Assembly: GCF_001194135.2 (NCBI RefSeq)
Contig: NC_069001.1
Coordinates: forward strand, 27,351,046 to 27,415,045
DNA from: Octopus bimaculoides
Lineage: Eukaryota
Direction: 5' to 3'
Length of the DNA: 64,000 nucleotides
The notes beneath the pieces were generated by a model that saw only the letters and a program-made list of their open reading frames with translations, had not been told where the DNA came from and did no database searches. How positions within the stretch are numbered: position 1 is the first letter of the stretch; every line of letters begins with the position of its first letter. This document shows, piece after piece, positions 52,366 to 64,000 of the stretch. A program made the translations under genes and the position numbers.

Positions 52366-54929
52366 AATTAGTAATACAAAGATTGAACTCTGGTTAAGCA
52401 CAAAAGCTCACACTATGCTTAATTCTTGTGGTGAAAGTTTTTTTTACCAATTCCTCTCAATTATATGTAGAATAGCTGAATTTTTTTTGTCCTTTACATG
52501 AAAGAAACATGGGTGAACATAACACAATTGCTAAGCGTTTTCTAAACATGTTAAAACTAACATGAATGTATTTTGTTGTATCTGTAGGTATAGCACTTGT
52601 GTTCCATGGTCTTAGTTGGTATTAATTGTCGAAAACATTTAATCAGATCATTAATTAATGGCTGAGATTTGTGACGTTGATGGTATTAGAGATTTTAAGC
52701 TCTCACATTCGATTCTATAATTTGTTTATGCTACTTTGACGGTACTCTATTGTAATATCTAATTTGAGATGGAAATGTCAGGCGGTTTGTAAGGTAATGT
52801 AATCTGCACAACTTGTTAATCTAGTTTTAATAGGAAAATTATATTGAATGAAATGGCTAACATTTCTATAGCTAAACTCTTCGTCAATACACATACCTAA
52901 TCAGCCAAATCTTTGCTATCTCTCCTAGTTTACATTCCGGGTGCGCACTGCTGAAAAGAACCAATAGCTCGAGACATACGATTTCCTAGATTTCTGCTAG
53001 ATGAGCGTCGTTCGTCACGTAAGTGTGCTTTTTAATATAAGTTGTTTAAGCGAAGCTCCATGAATTACGGTTGATCCAACAATGAACAGAAATTGGTATA
53101 TTGTTGTAACACAAATGCTCCGTTGCACAAAAATACATACACACAGAAGTATGCTTATATATACATACACATGCACATAAGAACATATCGACAAAAAGTA
53201 TGCACACGACCACTCACACCATGTGGGGGGAATACACTGCTGTGCATAGGTGTACGCTTGGGTGTTTTTTTTTTTGAGAAGCCTGCTTTGATATCACATA
53301 AAGTTTCAGTATCGACGTTATGTAAATGTCTGCGCATATAGTAAACGAAGACGCAATGATTTTTTTGAGAGAATTTGGTAAACAGGTAATGTGTGGAAGT
53401 TCTTCGTACATATGCATGTATGTATGTGTTCACACAAACACAAAAAATGACGCACGTACATACATTCATATATACATACATCAAACGCATCAAAGGTCCT
53501 TCACATGCCATAGGCTCATAAGACAGGTTTCTCTGATTCCATGCTGTATATTTTTGCTGCACATCTGGACGTGATGCCGAGCTATCACAGGATTCAGGAT
53601 TATTTAGTTTTGCCCGCCAAATGAACTGGAGCAACGCAAAATGCGTTGTTTTCTTAAAAAACACAACTCATCGCCCGGTCCAAGAATTGAAAACACACAC
53701 ACATACACACACAGGCACGCGCGTACACACACACAAACACACATACAATGTCGAGAGGGTAATAATCCAATCTGTCTGAAGAATTTATGATAGATGATAT
53801 CTTACGTGTTTCCCTTACATTTGCAATTTTGCAACACCGATTAGCAAATCAAGCACATGCAGTGGTGAACAATAACACTAAAACATAATACTATTATATA
53901 TGAGGGAGAAGAGGAAACTAAGAGAACGGTAGACAAATTAGTGAGAGACTGCAAATGGTCTTTCCCTCGCTTAATTTTGAACTAGGAATATAACACTTTA
54001 GTACCCATGCTTAAATAGTTTAAATTACTTGAGAAGAGGTAATTTGACTACCGGATAACTGTGTCCACTGACTGAGACAATTGCGACAATTTTATACATA
54101 ATGTGTTTTAGTCTAATCCTTTAACTTATTACACAGCGGTGGAAATAAGGCACCCTCTTAAAAATATTGTTAAATATATAGATCAGTATAGTTATTTTAT
54201 TACTACAGTGAGCTCTAAGGATTGATCTCTTTATTAGGCATAAAGCCCTAAACAGATGGGGACACCACAAGGACTGAAAAGACCACAGTGGGGACAAAAA
54301 ACATAAAACGAATGTAAATGAAATGAAAGTTATATAAAAATGAAAATGGACGCAGCACCATTTGAACCGTTATATGTATTATTTACAATTAGTCTCTTTT
54401 TTAATTTCATACTTTTTTTCTTTAGTAAAACTTCATTGGTGGTTCGATTTCTCTTAACTCCATCACTGGTGGCAACTCTTTAAATTCCACCTCTATTCCT
54501 GGTGGGTCAACGTTATCTCCACACATCTCTTTCAATTTTCTGTAGTTTTCTTCTTCGATCACTATTGCCTTCATATCCTCCGCGTAGACGTATGAACGCA
54601 CTTTTACTCTTACTATTGAAAGTAAGTTGATAATTTTTTTCTGTAAGGATTACTTGGGTGTCTGGTAACCAAGGTTACACATATGAGGGAAGCACATTGT
54701 TTTTTTATCTTCCAAATTCCATGCACAAAGCATGGAATTTAATCTGAAATAAACGCAGAAATGTTAGAGTTGTCCAAGTTGCCGCGATGTGACTGAAAGA
54801 AGTACAACGCTGTTTCGAAACCTCTTCGTTTTTTTCGTATATCGTTATACTGGCACAGATGAATTTTTTTTTTAAATTTTTTTATCGCAATTATATTCTG
54901 CATTTGGCGAAAGTAAAGAATACGTACAT

Positions 54930-55110
54930 CTGGTGATTAGGGTTAGGGTTACAACGAAAACGGAAGTGGGTGCGTATTCTTTCCCTCCATCCTGTATTTC
55001 CGGTGTGTGTGTAGCAAAAATGTATATTTTATTGCATAGAATTTTATATATTATACACGGAATTACATTTAGAGTCGCGACGGGAAATACAAGCAGTTAA
55101 GGTAAGCTGA
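54930..55110 (+). promoter_or_regulatory. Candidate promoter / first exon of a plus-strand gene
   Basis: ETS-type CGGAAGTG (54961-54968), inverted TTCCGG (54998-55003), (TTAGGG)2 (54937-54948), TCGCGA (55075-55080) and consensus donor AAG|GTAAGC at 55101/55102. Confidence 0.35.
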
Positions 55111-55582
55111 TAAAAATTATTCATTGCGTCGTATGCTTATTTCACAGTAATATATTGTAGCTTTACTCATTGCATGTTAATGAGAACTTAACTCGACTAT
55201 GTATGATATTTTGTAAACTATGTATGTCATGCATGTAATATCGAAGCATTTATTGTATAAGCTTTTCACCATTTTACTTTTCAAATATCATATACGAAGA
55301 TTGGTTAATACTCTTATGTGGACTTGTGTGTCCATGGATAAAGTAAAATGATATAATATATATAAATATATAACATTAAACAGTTTGATTCGGTTTCCGT
55401 GTTATTTCAACTTTCTTTAATGCAGTCAGTCTCCTTCATCCTCTTGAATGACCTGAAAGAGACGGAATGCATTGCAGGCCTGATAAAGTTGAAGTGGCAC
55501 GGGAATCAATGTGTTTAAAATAATACACGTAGCTCATACTATATTTGTTGAATAGCCTTTTCTTTCGTTTGTACACTCATTC

Positions 55583-55630
<48 letters not shown>

Positions 55631-57800
55631 GGGATCAGCAAGCATTTGCTTCACCATATACCGAAGTTCAGAAATAGCAGCTAAAAAAAGCTGTGACTCC
55701 ATACCGAAGAGCTTGGTAAAAATTATTAATTGTTGATTTATTAATAAATTGATAAATCTTTACCCTTTTAATTTATATATATATGTATACGGCTAATTGA
55801 ACGAGCAAGCGAAACCATCACTCTACGCATTTTGTTGGCGTTGTAATAAATAATCCAATAACAGTTTTACTCAGCTAGTGGCACTTAAAATTTCGAATCT
55901 TCAGTTTACGACCTTACGAAACTTTAAGTTGCTTGGAGACGAATCAGACCGTTTGAATTATACATGCATGTGTGTATTCATGTGTATGTAAATTACTGTT
56001 TATTTTATATTATGATAAAAAACAAATTTACATTAAACTGCTGGATTACTGAATATGGTAGATAGAAAATTATTATTCTTTGACAAGAATAGTATTGACA
56101 GCGACTTCAATGTTTCCGCAAAATAGCCTATCATCCGATCCTCTCAATCTATCACTGTACTACACATACGTTTGTGTATGTGGATTGTTATACCTATATA
56201 TATATGAGGACAGTTGTGTGTGTATATATATATTATCTATTCAATATAATCTATTTTGGCTAGAAAAAGTTTCACTCAAATCCTACACCATGCTAATCAT
56301 AGGCCTTCTCGATGACGGTTTACTGACCTGGAGCAAAAAAGTTTTAAAAATTATCTGAACAAAACAAGGCAAAGTAAGAAAAAAAAGCCTATACAGTAGC
56401 CAAATATCTTTTGAAAGCCCTGTCGTTGGATAATATAATCCTGAAATCCCTGTCACTAAACGATGTCATCCACAACACATTTTATTTGAAATATAGAATC
56501 ACAAACCACGCAAGTATGAACATGCAGTTACATAGGAGCATAGAAATGAGTGTATGTAAGTGGATGTGGTTGTGTGTGAGACCTATCATTATAAACAATC
56601 TGAATGAATAATTCCAGGTATGATATATTCGTGTGTTGAGATGAATGTTCCATAAATCACATTCTGCGTCCTGTACCTGACAATTGACACTTAATGTCCT
56701 TGGAATATAATGGTCGGTTTTCACTGGAAAATGCAGTTGGCCCAAAATAAAGAGCAAAAAATAAGTTATTGTAAATTATAATTATAAACCAAGTTTACAA
56801 ATATAAGATTTGATATGTGCTCATGAAAAAGACATATGGCACTTGCTATATAAAGGATCCATGCCTGAATATATTTCATAATTTTTGCTGCGTTGTCAAT
56901 TTATTCCTCATGAATGAATCCGCAAGGATTTCTCTTCTACACTAATATAAACACTATGGCCGGTTTTCGAATGATGTCATTTGTCAGAGTGAATAGATTC
57001 AGATATATTTCAGCGAGTTTCAATAATGTGAAAACCAAGTATGTTACAGCAGTCACATATCTTTCGTTATTCCATCTCTGCCCTCTCCCCTCTCTCATTC
57101 ACTCTCTGTAGACACCAACACCCACCCGCAGACCCACTTGTATGTATATTTTGAATTGTATGGTACGTCTTTTTAGGATACAAAATCTTAACCTGGCGTT
57201 CAAAATTGTATGAAGTGACTGCACCACTACATTTTTTTGGACATGGACAGAAAAGTTGGTTTCGATCAACAACAGTTTTCTGGCTAGAGTTTCCTCATAA
57301 AATAAATAAGTATCTTCTGTCCACGGAGAGACTGGTGATTTATAAGTAATTCTAAAAGCTGCACTTGAGACTTGAACTCTCAATTTTGCCTAATGAATTC
57401 ACTTCAAACGTTGACTTAATACATAATGCATCACGAGATATTTTTGTAAAATTCAAAATAAATTACAGATAACTTTAATAACCATATGTTTTTAGCTTCG
57501 ATGTGAAAAGTAAGCAAAATTGTTGAATTTCATATTTTATTCAGAGATAAAAGCGAGTTGAGGCATGTATGTTAGTTTTTAGTCTCGCTAGCAGGTTATT
57601 TCAGAAAATATCCTTCCGTATACACTAATCGACATTTAATGTTTAGTATCTGGTCGCATCAATCATTTTTTTATCTGGGAGTTGTGTTTCGTTTAATTTT
57701 CGATACTACTCTAAACTTGCATGTTTTATGAAAATATATATTGCTAACATTTTAAATTATCACATATTCTGTGCAACGCTGAAAGGAATTGATTAAAACA

Positions 57801-58312
57801 TGTTAATAGCTCATGTCTTTCTATGCAAATGACAGTGAACAATTTTAGATGATTCATTGTTTAGTACATGTGATTTAGAGAGGTAACAGTAATATGTTCT
57901 TTACTTGGCATATACAGGGTGGGCAAAAAATCATGCACAAAATAAATTCAATACGCTCCGAAATTGATAAAAACATATCTCGATTTTTCTTAAATTGAAA
58001 AAATACATTAAAACATGAATGCACACGTATATGTACAAGATGAACAAAATGGATGACGTGTTAATAGCTCATGTCTTTCTATGCAAATGACACTGAGCAG
58101 TTTAGCTGAGTCATTGTTTAGTACACGTGATTTAGTGACGTGACAGTAATACGTGCTCTTTACATTGCATATACAAGGTTTGCCAAAAAATCACGCACTA
58201 TATAAATTCAATACTCCGGAATTGTCAAATACATGTCTCTAAAATTGAAAAAAAAATTCATTAAAAATTTATGAATACACACGTACATGTACAAGATGAA
58301 CAAAATAGATAA
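57801..58312 (+). repeat. Two-copy tandem duplication, period 258 bp
   Basis: tgttaatagctcatgtctttctatgcaaatgaca starts at 57801 and 58059. Both units end with tgtacaagatgaacaaaat. Confidence 0.92.
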
Positions 58313-60358
58313 TAGTTTCTAAGAATTACAGTAATGAGGAACAATCCCGGCAATATATTTGTTACCAGCTAATCTTTAGTGCTCTGATGTGGAGCTACAT
58401 TTCTAAGATGACTCTTGTAAAGTTGCAGTAATTGAACAATGATGTCAAGACGACGGCTGAAACGATGAATGCCACGTCAGCATCGTATGAGATCGTGTTT
58501 TCCTCTTTGTGTATGCGTGGAGTAAGCCAAAGATACAGAGGTCGAAAAGAATAGGTAAGGGAAAGGATTTCAGTCGTACCACCTCCTTGGGATTGAAATT
58601 TCCGGATATGTTGTTCCTCTAGACTGCACAACTTCTGTAACATTACATGGAATGTGCTAGCCTATGCTGTGTATTGCATTTTCAAAGGGTTTTCAGTAAT
58701 TTCTCCGTATTTATAAAGACGGGAAATTGTGAAAGGTATTTACGAAGTCGACTATATTTTGTTTTGTACGCATGGAAAATGTCTGTGTTGTACTATAAGT
58801 TTGCGTGTTGAATTGTGTTTGAATAGAGTGATATGCTTCCGACTCATGAATAATAGACGGATGAAGTGTTTCTTATTGATGTTAAGGATTTGTCATTCTA
58901 GAGCGTCTAAGAAAATATGTAGAAAACTGATACAGCTCTGAGTTTTTGTTTTTCATTTGGGTTTTCGTTGTGTTTATTTCGATATTTGGGGGATATCTAA
59001 CGGTGACATTATCTAATATGACATTTTTAGATGTAGCTTAGCTTAAGAGAGATTTAGCTGTTATTTCTCTCACGTTGATAGAATATATCTTTGGGGCGTA
59101 AATTTGTACGATTGTTAGATCGTATTGTAATATTATTTCAGGTGTATTCTTTCAGAATTAAAATATCGTTGAGGTCACCGTTGTCTTTGGATTTTCTAGG
59201 ACAATAAAATAGAACAAAATAATCGACTGATATATCCCCTTAAAATTCTTTCCGCTGATGCTTATACTCGTAAGCAGAAAGACGGCAAGCTGCCTATATT
59301 TTACAGGTATTATATTTTCGATTTTGCGATCAGTACCAGAGAAACTATCTGTCGATGTTGTTGAAAGCATTGAAAGCGGTAACTCAGCATGAAAGCTGTT
59401 CAATGACTGATACCAAAGGAAAAAAAGAAAAGAAAAAAATGAAATTTAAACGTATTTCTCTACACCGGAATGATTTGAGTTGAGAAATGTAATATATTTC
59501 ATTGGTTCTGTGTTGCAAATGCATAGTCAGCCGACAAGAAAATGTTATAGTTGCGTGGCTACAGAAACGGTTACAGCTACGAAGTTTACAACATTCATGC
59601 TTGCATACACATTTGAAAATTACTTTAATCATTCGAAGTGTGTTCAGCGGTTCGTATTTTGTAGCTGATGAGATTTTTAATTTCAGTGTTATTTATAAGA
59701 TACTAATGAACAACACGAGTCGATCGTAGATGTATTGAAACGTTGATAGAGATTGAATAGTAGAATAGAGAATACAGAACGGTTCAGAAGCAAATTAAAT
59801 ACAGCATATGTGAAGATAAACAAAGAAATGAAACGTTCGAACAGTATATTCTCATGACCTAAATACTCCGTGTGTCTAGATCGGGCGAAGACATAAAAGA
59901 ACATACATCATGTCAACAACTAGTCAAGTACTATCTTTAATGATATATTAGAAACTGTTCTTGAAGTGTTACTGTTACAGACAGAATCTGTAGGAAGAAA
60001 AGAAAAAGACTGTTACTAATATTCATAAAAAGAAAAAATTCTCATGATTCATTTTATATAAACGTATATAAATAAACAATATATATATATATATATATAT
60101 GTATATACTACATAAATTGTTATGAATGTGTATACTTCTACGTGCATATGTACAGACGTAAACGTATGTGTGCATATATATATATATGTATATACTACAT
60201 CTATTCTTACGAATGTATATTTACATACACATATGTATACATATATACGTCTATGTACATATATATGTATGCATATATGTTGTAATACATATATATGTAT
60301 ATAATACACACATACGCAAATGTATGCATGCAAATATATATACATATTCATATACATA

Positions 60359-60429
<71 letters not shown>

Positions 60430-62140
60430 GTATGTACATACGTACATGTATGTATGAGCGTTTATTCATTTGTGTTGGTGTTAAAAAAAAGAAACATAAA
60501 TCACAATGAAGAAGTGTCTGGGTCTTTTATCATTAATTCATTGAAAACTGAAACTTTGCATTTGAACCCGTCCCAATATATTCCCCAGTGTTTGAACTTT
60601 ACATAAATAATTGTGTGAACCTACAAGAAATCTGACTCTAAGTTGTCCTGTTAGAACCAAATATCGTAGAAAGTTATTCTTACATTATATATAGAATGTA
60701 AAATGAATCTGATACAGTAATAACCTAATGTGATGGCTATTTGCTTAAAGGTGTCAGATACGTTCTTGAAATGAGGTTTTCAGAATTTGCCCTTCTGAAG
60801 AAGCGGAAGAAATATATAGACAGATACTAAAAAGACTAATGTTGTTTTTGTGAGGAAAAAGAAATCGCTTGGGAGGAGGACGCTGGGAATACCGACTGGT
60901 TAAATGCCAAGGAAGAATGTCCTTCTATGAGGGTGAGTCTTGAAGGAAAATTAGTTAGTGTGTAGGCTCACGTATCAAAATGGTCGTGCTTATATTTTTG
61001 GGCCTAACTTGTTAAAACCTAACAAGAAACGCTAGTTTCTTAATGTGCATGTACGTGCAGTATACGTGCAATTATGCTGACGTGATGGCATGTGTTAATA
61101 GGAGTGTCGGCATGATATCCATATGTATGTTTCATCGTTAGAAAAGATTATTATTTTGTGTGGCCGGTGGCAAGTAATGTTATTGGAAGATGTTAAGACA
61201 AATAAGAAATTATAAGAAATGAAGTTAGTTAAAGTCAAAGATAACGATAAAATTCTGAGATGAAGGAAAAAGTACTTGTGACTACATGTGGTACAGGTAT
61301 GTTGGAAAATGAATATTGAAAGGAGTGAAAAATTGTTCTTGTCTGTGTGTCTAATTTGCTATGTAGATGATCATAGTCAACTGGTCGGGCACCAAACGAA
61401 CGGAGGAGAGGGCAAAAGTTGAAGATTCAAATATGTCAATCAAATTATGTTTCACCAAAGAGAAAACGTGTGAAAGTGTTGACAAGTGTATTTGTGTGAA
61501 TCAGTTTAATATCTGTGTGTACATGCGTGTTCATACGCTTCTGCATTTGTGCTTGTGTATGCGCGCATGTGTACATCAAGGTGTAAATATGTGTCAAAGT
61601 CTGTGTTCTTGTGTTTATGTGTGTGTCTGTGTATGGGTCAAATTGACAGATTAGTTGTTGAAAGAAAGTGTGTATCTTTGAGTGCATATATGCGAGTCTA
61701 AGTAAAGAGTGTACGTCTATGTGGAAGTAATAAAGGAAAAAGTGAGTGCGTATGTAAGAGGTTTGAGTTAGTGTATGCGGGAGGTGAATATTAGTGGTGG
61801 AGCCTAAATGGTTGTGGTTTAATGAGCGTTGAGGATGAGGGATACCTGTAATCTAAATTGCGAAATGAGGTATCGTTGAGGCGCATTTGTGTAATTGTGG
61901 AAATTAAACTATAGGAAGTGGAACTTTGAAAGAGGGCTATTCTCTCTTACATCTGCCAGTGAGAAACATCACACACAAACACTGAGGCCGAACCTGACGA
62001 GAGGTTTAAGGTGGAATTTTCGGGGGAGTTTAAATGTGAAGCAACAGGTGATTATCTTCCAAACATTCAGGCTGGTCATAAAATTCGGATCATTGTACAT
62101 AAATATTTAATAATTGTATTTTCATGAAAATAATATTTCT

Positions 62141-62390
62141 GATAAAGCAGTTGTATACTGTCAACTTAACGTGACCGTCCCAATAAGGGAATCATACTGC
62201 TGATATTTAGCCCTAGGAAGCTGGTCTGCTTCCTGTCAGCCTTGACACATTTCCTGTGTCCTTATATTTGTGAGGGGGAAATGTGTAAAGGCCGACAGGA
62301 ATCGGACCAGCTTCCTAGGGCTAGATAGCAGCAGTGTGATTCCCTTATTGGGACTGTCACATTAAGTTGACAGTATACAACAGCTTTATC
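62141..62390. mobile_element. 250-bp foldback element (MITE-like hairpin, ~110-bp arms)
   Basis: gataaagcagttgtatactgtcaacttaa...gacacatttcc pairs with ggaaatgtgt...ttaagttgacagtatacaacagctttatc; the loop is about 20 nt. Confidence 0.9.
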
Positions 62391-64000
62391 GTAACACTAC
62401 TGCTTAAGTCTCTCTGTAAAGATTTATAATTATATCAATTCTAATATTTCTGATATTTTCTCTATACAGGAGAATGTTTACATGTATAACAACGTAATTT
62501 TTGAGATTTCTGCAAAAGTTTTTACTTTCGATGCATTCTGTACGGAAGCTCGATGAAACTCATTTAATTGATGCATTCATCGAACAGCTCACTAATCCAC
62601 TCTCAACCCCCAAACCTCACATCTCTCGCGCTTCTGCATTTGTACAGATAAAATATATCAAATGCTCAGTTGTTGTACGCTCCTACAGATAAAATGCATC
62701 TAATGTTCTCCTCTTGTCACAAGCTGTACACATTTCTAAAGATCTCAAATGAAGAGAAACAGCACGTCATCTATAAATGGAGTTGCATTTGCAAAAATTA
62801 AATTTGCATTTTCATTTTGCGTTTTTCCTTTAGATGTTAGGTCACTTCGTTTATAATTGTGTTTCTCCACAATTTCAGTAGAACTGTTAATAAACTATAA
62901 AATCAACAAAATTTGATAAACAGGAATATTTTACGAATCATGTCTTGCTTATAGAATGCTTTACTTTTTCGCTTCCGGAGGTCAGCCGTCATGGAGTAAG
63001 TCACATTGATCTAAGACCTTAAAAGGTCAACGATAGTGTTTTCTTTTCTTTTTCGATATCAATTTCTGGAGAATCTGATGTAGCTTGCGCATTTTATTCA
63101 CATGAAATTATATGATTTGTGGGAGATGATTTGGTCGGAGTTTCTATGCCAACTGCTCACAGAGAAATATCCCTAGTTCACTTGAAATAATTAATTTGGG
63201 CTTAATGGACATTAAATCTGTCCTTGAACATGTAATTTAACTGCTTCTTCAATAGAAGACTACAGTTTACGGTAGCTTGTCTGAAACATCCAGTGTTGTC
63301 TGTCACTCATATAACGGTCAGGTGATCGCCCCGTGAGAAGATGAATCATGGGCATCATTTTTTAACTATGTTCAAGACTCTGAGATTGGGAAGCATGTTT
63401 TCGAATGAAGATAAAGTCGGGGCACAAATGATGTAAAAAAGAGTATATAAAGCACCCATTATTGTGCTTCTCGCGAACAAAATATTTACTCGGTTGGTGG
63501 TAGTAGTAGTAGTAGTAGTAGTAACTATGATGATGCTCATGACGATGGTTTTCATAAGGTCGACGACCACAACGATGACGTCGAAAACCACGACAGCGAG
63601 GATGACAACGATGCGATGATGACGATGTTGATGATCATGATCATGATGACGAGGATTTCTAAAATACGTTAAGACATTAATATATACAATTATTAATAGA
63701 AACAACATGATACAATAGAAGATGCAGAGGGAGAGAGAAAGAGAGGGGGAGACGGACTGATAGACAGTCAGACAGAGAAAGCATCAACAAGATGGACAAC
63801 ACGATAGATCAGACGAAAAGAAATGCTGTGATAGATCGTGACTGGAAAGTAAGTGCGATTTGAGATAATAGAGAATAACACAATGGACCACCCATATCTG
63901 AGAATAACGCAATGGACCACCACCCATATCTTAGAGCTTATGGTGCAGGGTGTTCTTTTATAGCTAAACAAAATATAGAAAGAGATCACAACATTCCCTT

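Noticed and set aside
63870-63932. ~30-bp two-copy tandem repeat (also a 16-bp one at about 48868-48900)
   Set aside because: Ordinary slippage duplications with no further structure.

Overview
This is AT-rich eukaryotic genomic DNA from a gapped draft assembly, with 10 N-runs, each flanked on at least one side by a microsatellite. It is probably an octopus, inferred from the (AT)n/(AC)n/(ATCT)n density and the SINE families, not proven. I found no intact protein-coding gene, rRNA, genuine tRNA or CRISPR array. Almost all supplied ORFs are artefacts of microsatellites, trinucleotide tracts or N-gaps. What the sequence supports is a transposon graveyard. It holds three tRNA-derived SINE families (two copies have clear TSDs, one is nested in another SINE), decayed CR1/L2-group, RTE-like and L1/Tx1-like LINE fragments, a Tc1/mariner 5' end, and three foldback/MITE elements, one with an internal telomere-like (TTAGGG) array. 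There is also a 258-bp tandem duplication and an old local duplication. Leads for follow-up are the long hairpins and an inverted SINE pair (possible dsRNA/ADAR substrates if transcribed), two promoter-like islands (about 44.6 kb and 55 kb), several unexplained decayed reading frames or candidate exons, and two neighbouring LINE pieces that complement each other. I see no convincing novel biological system; all novelty claims are hypotheses.
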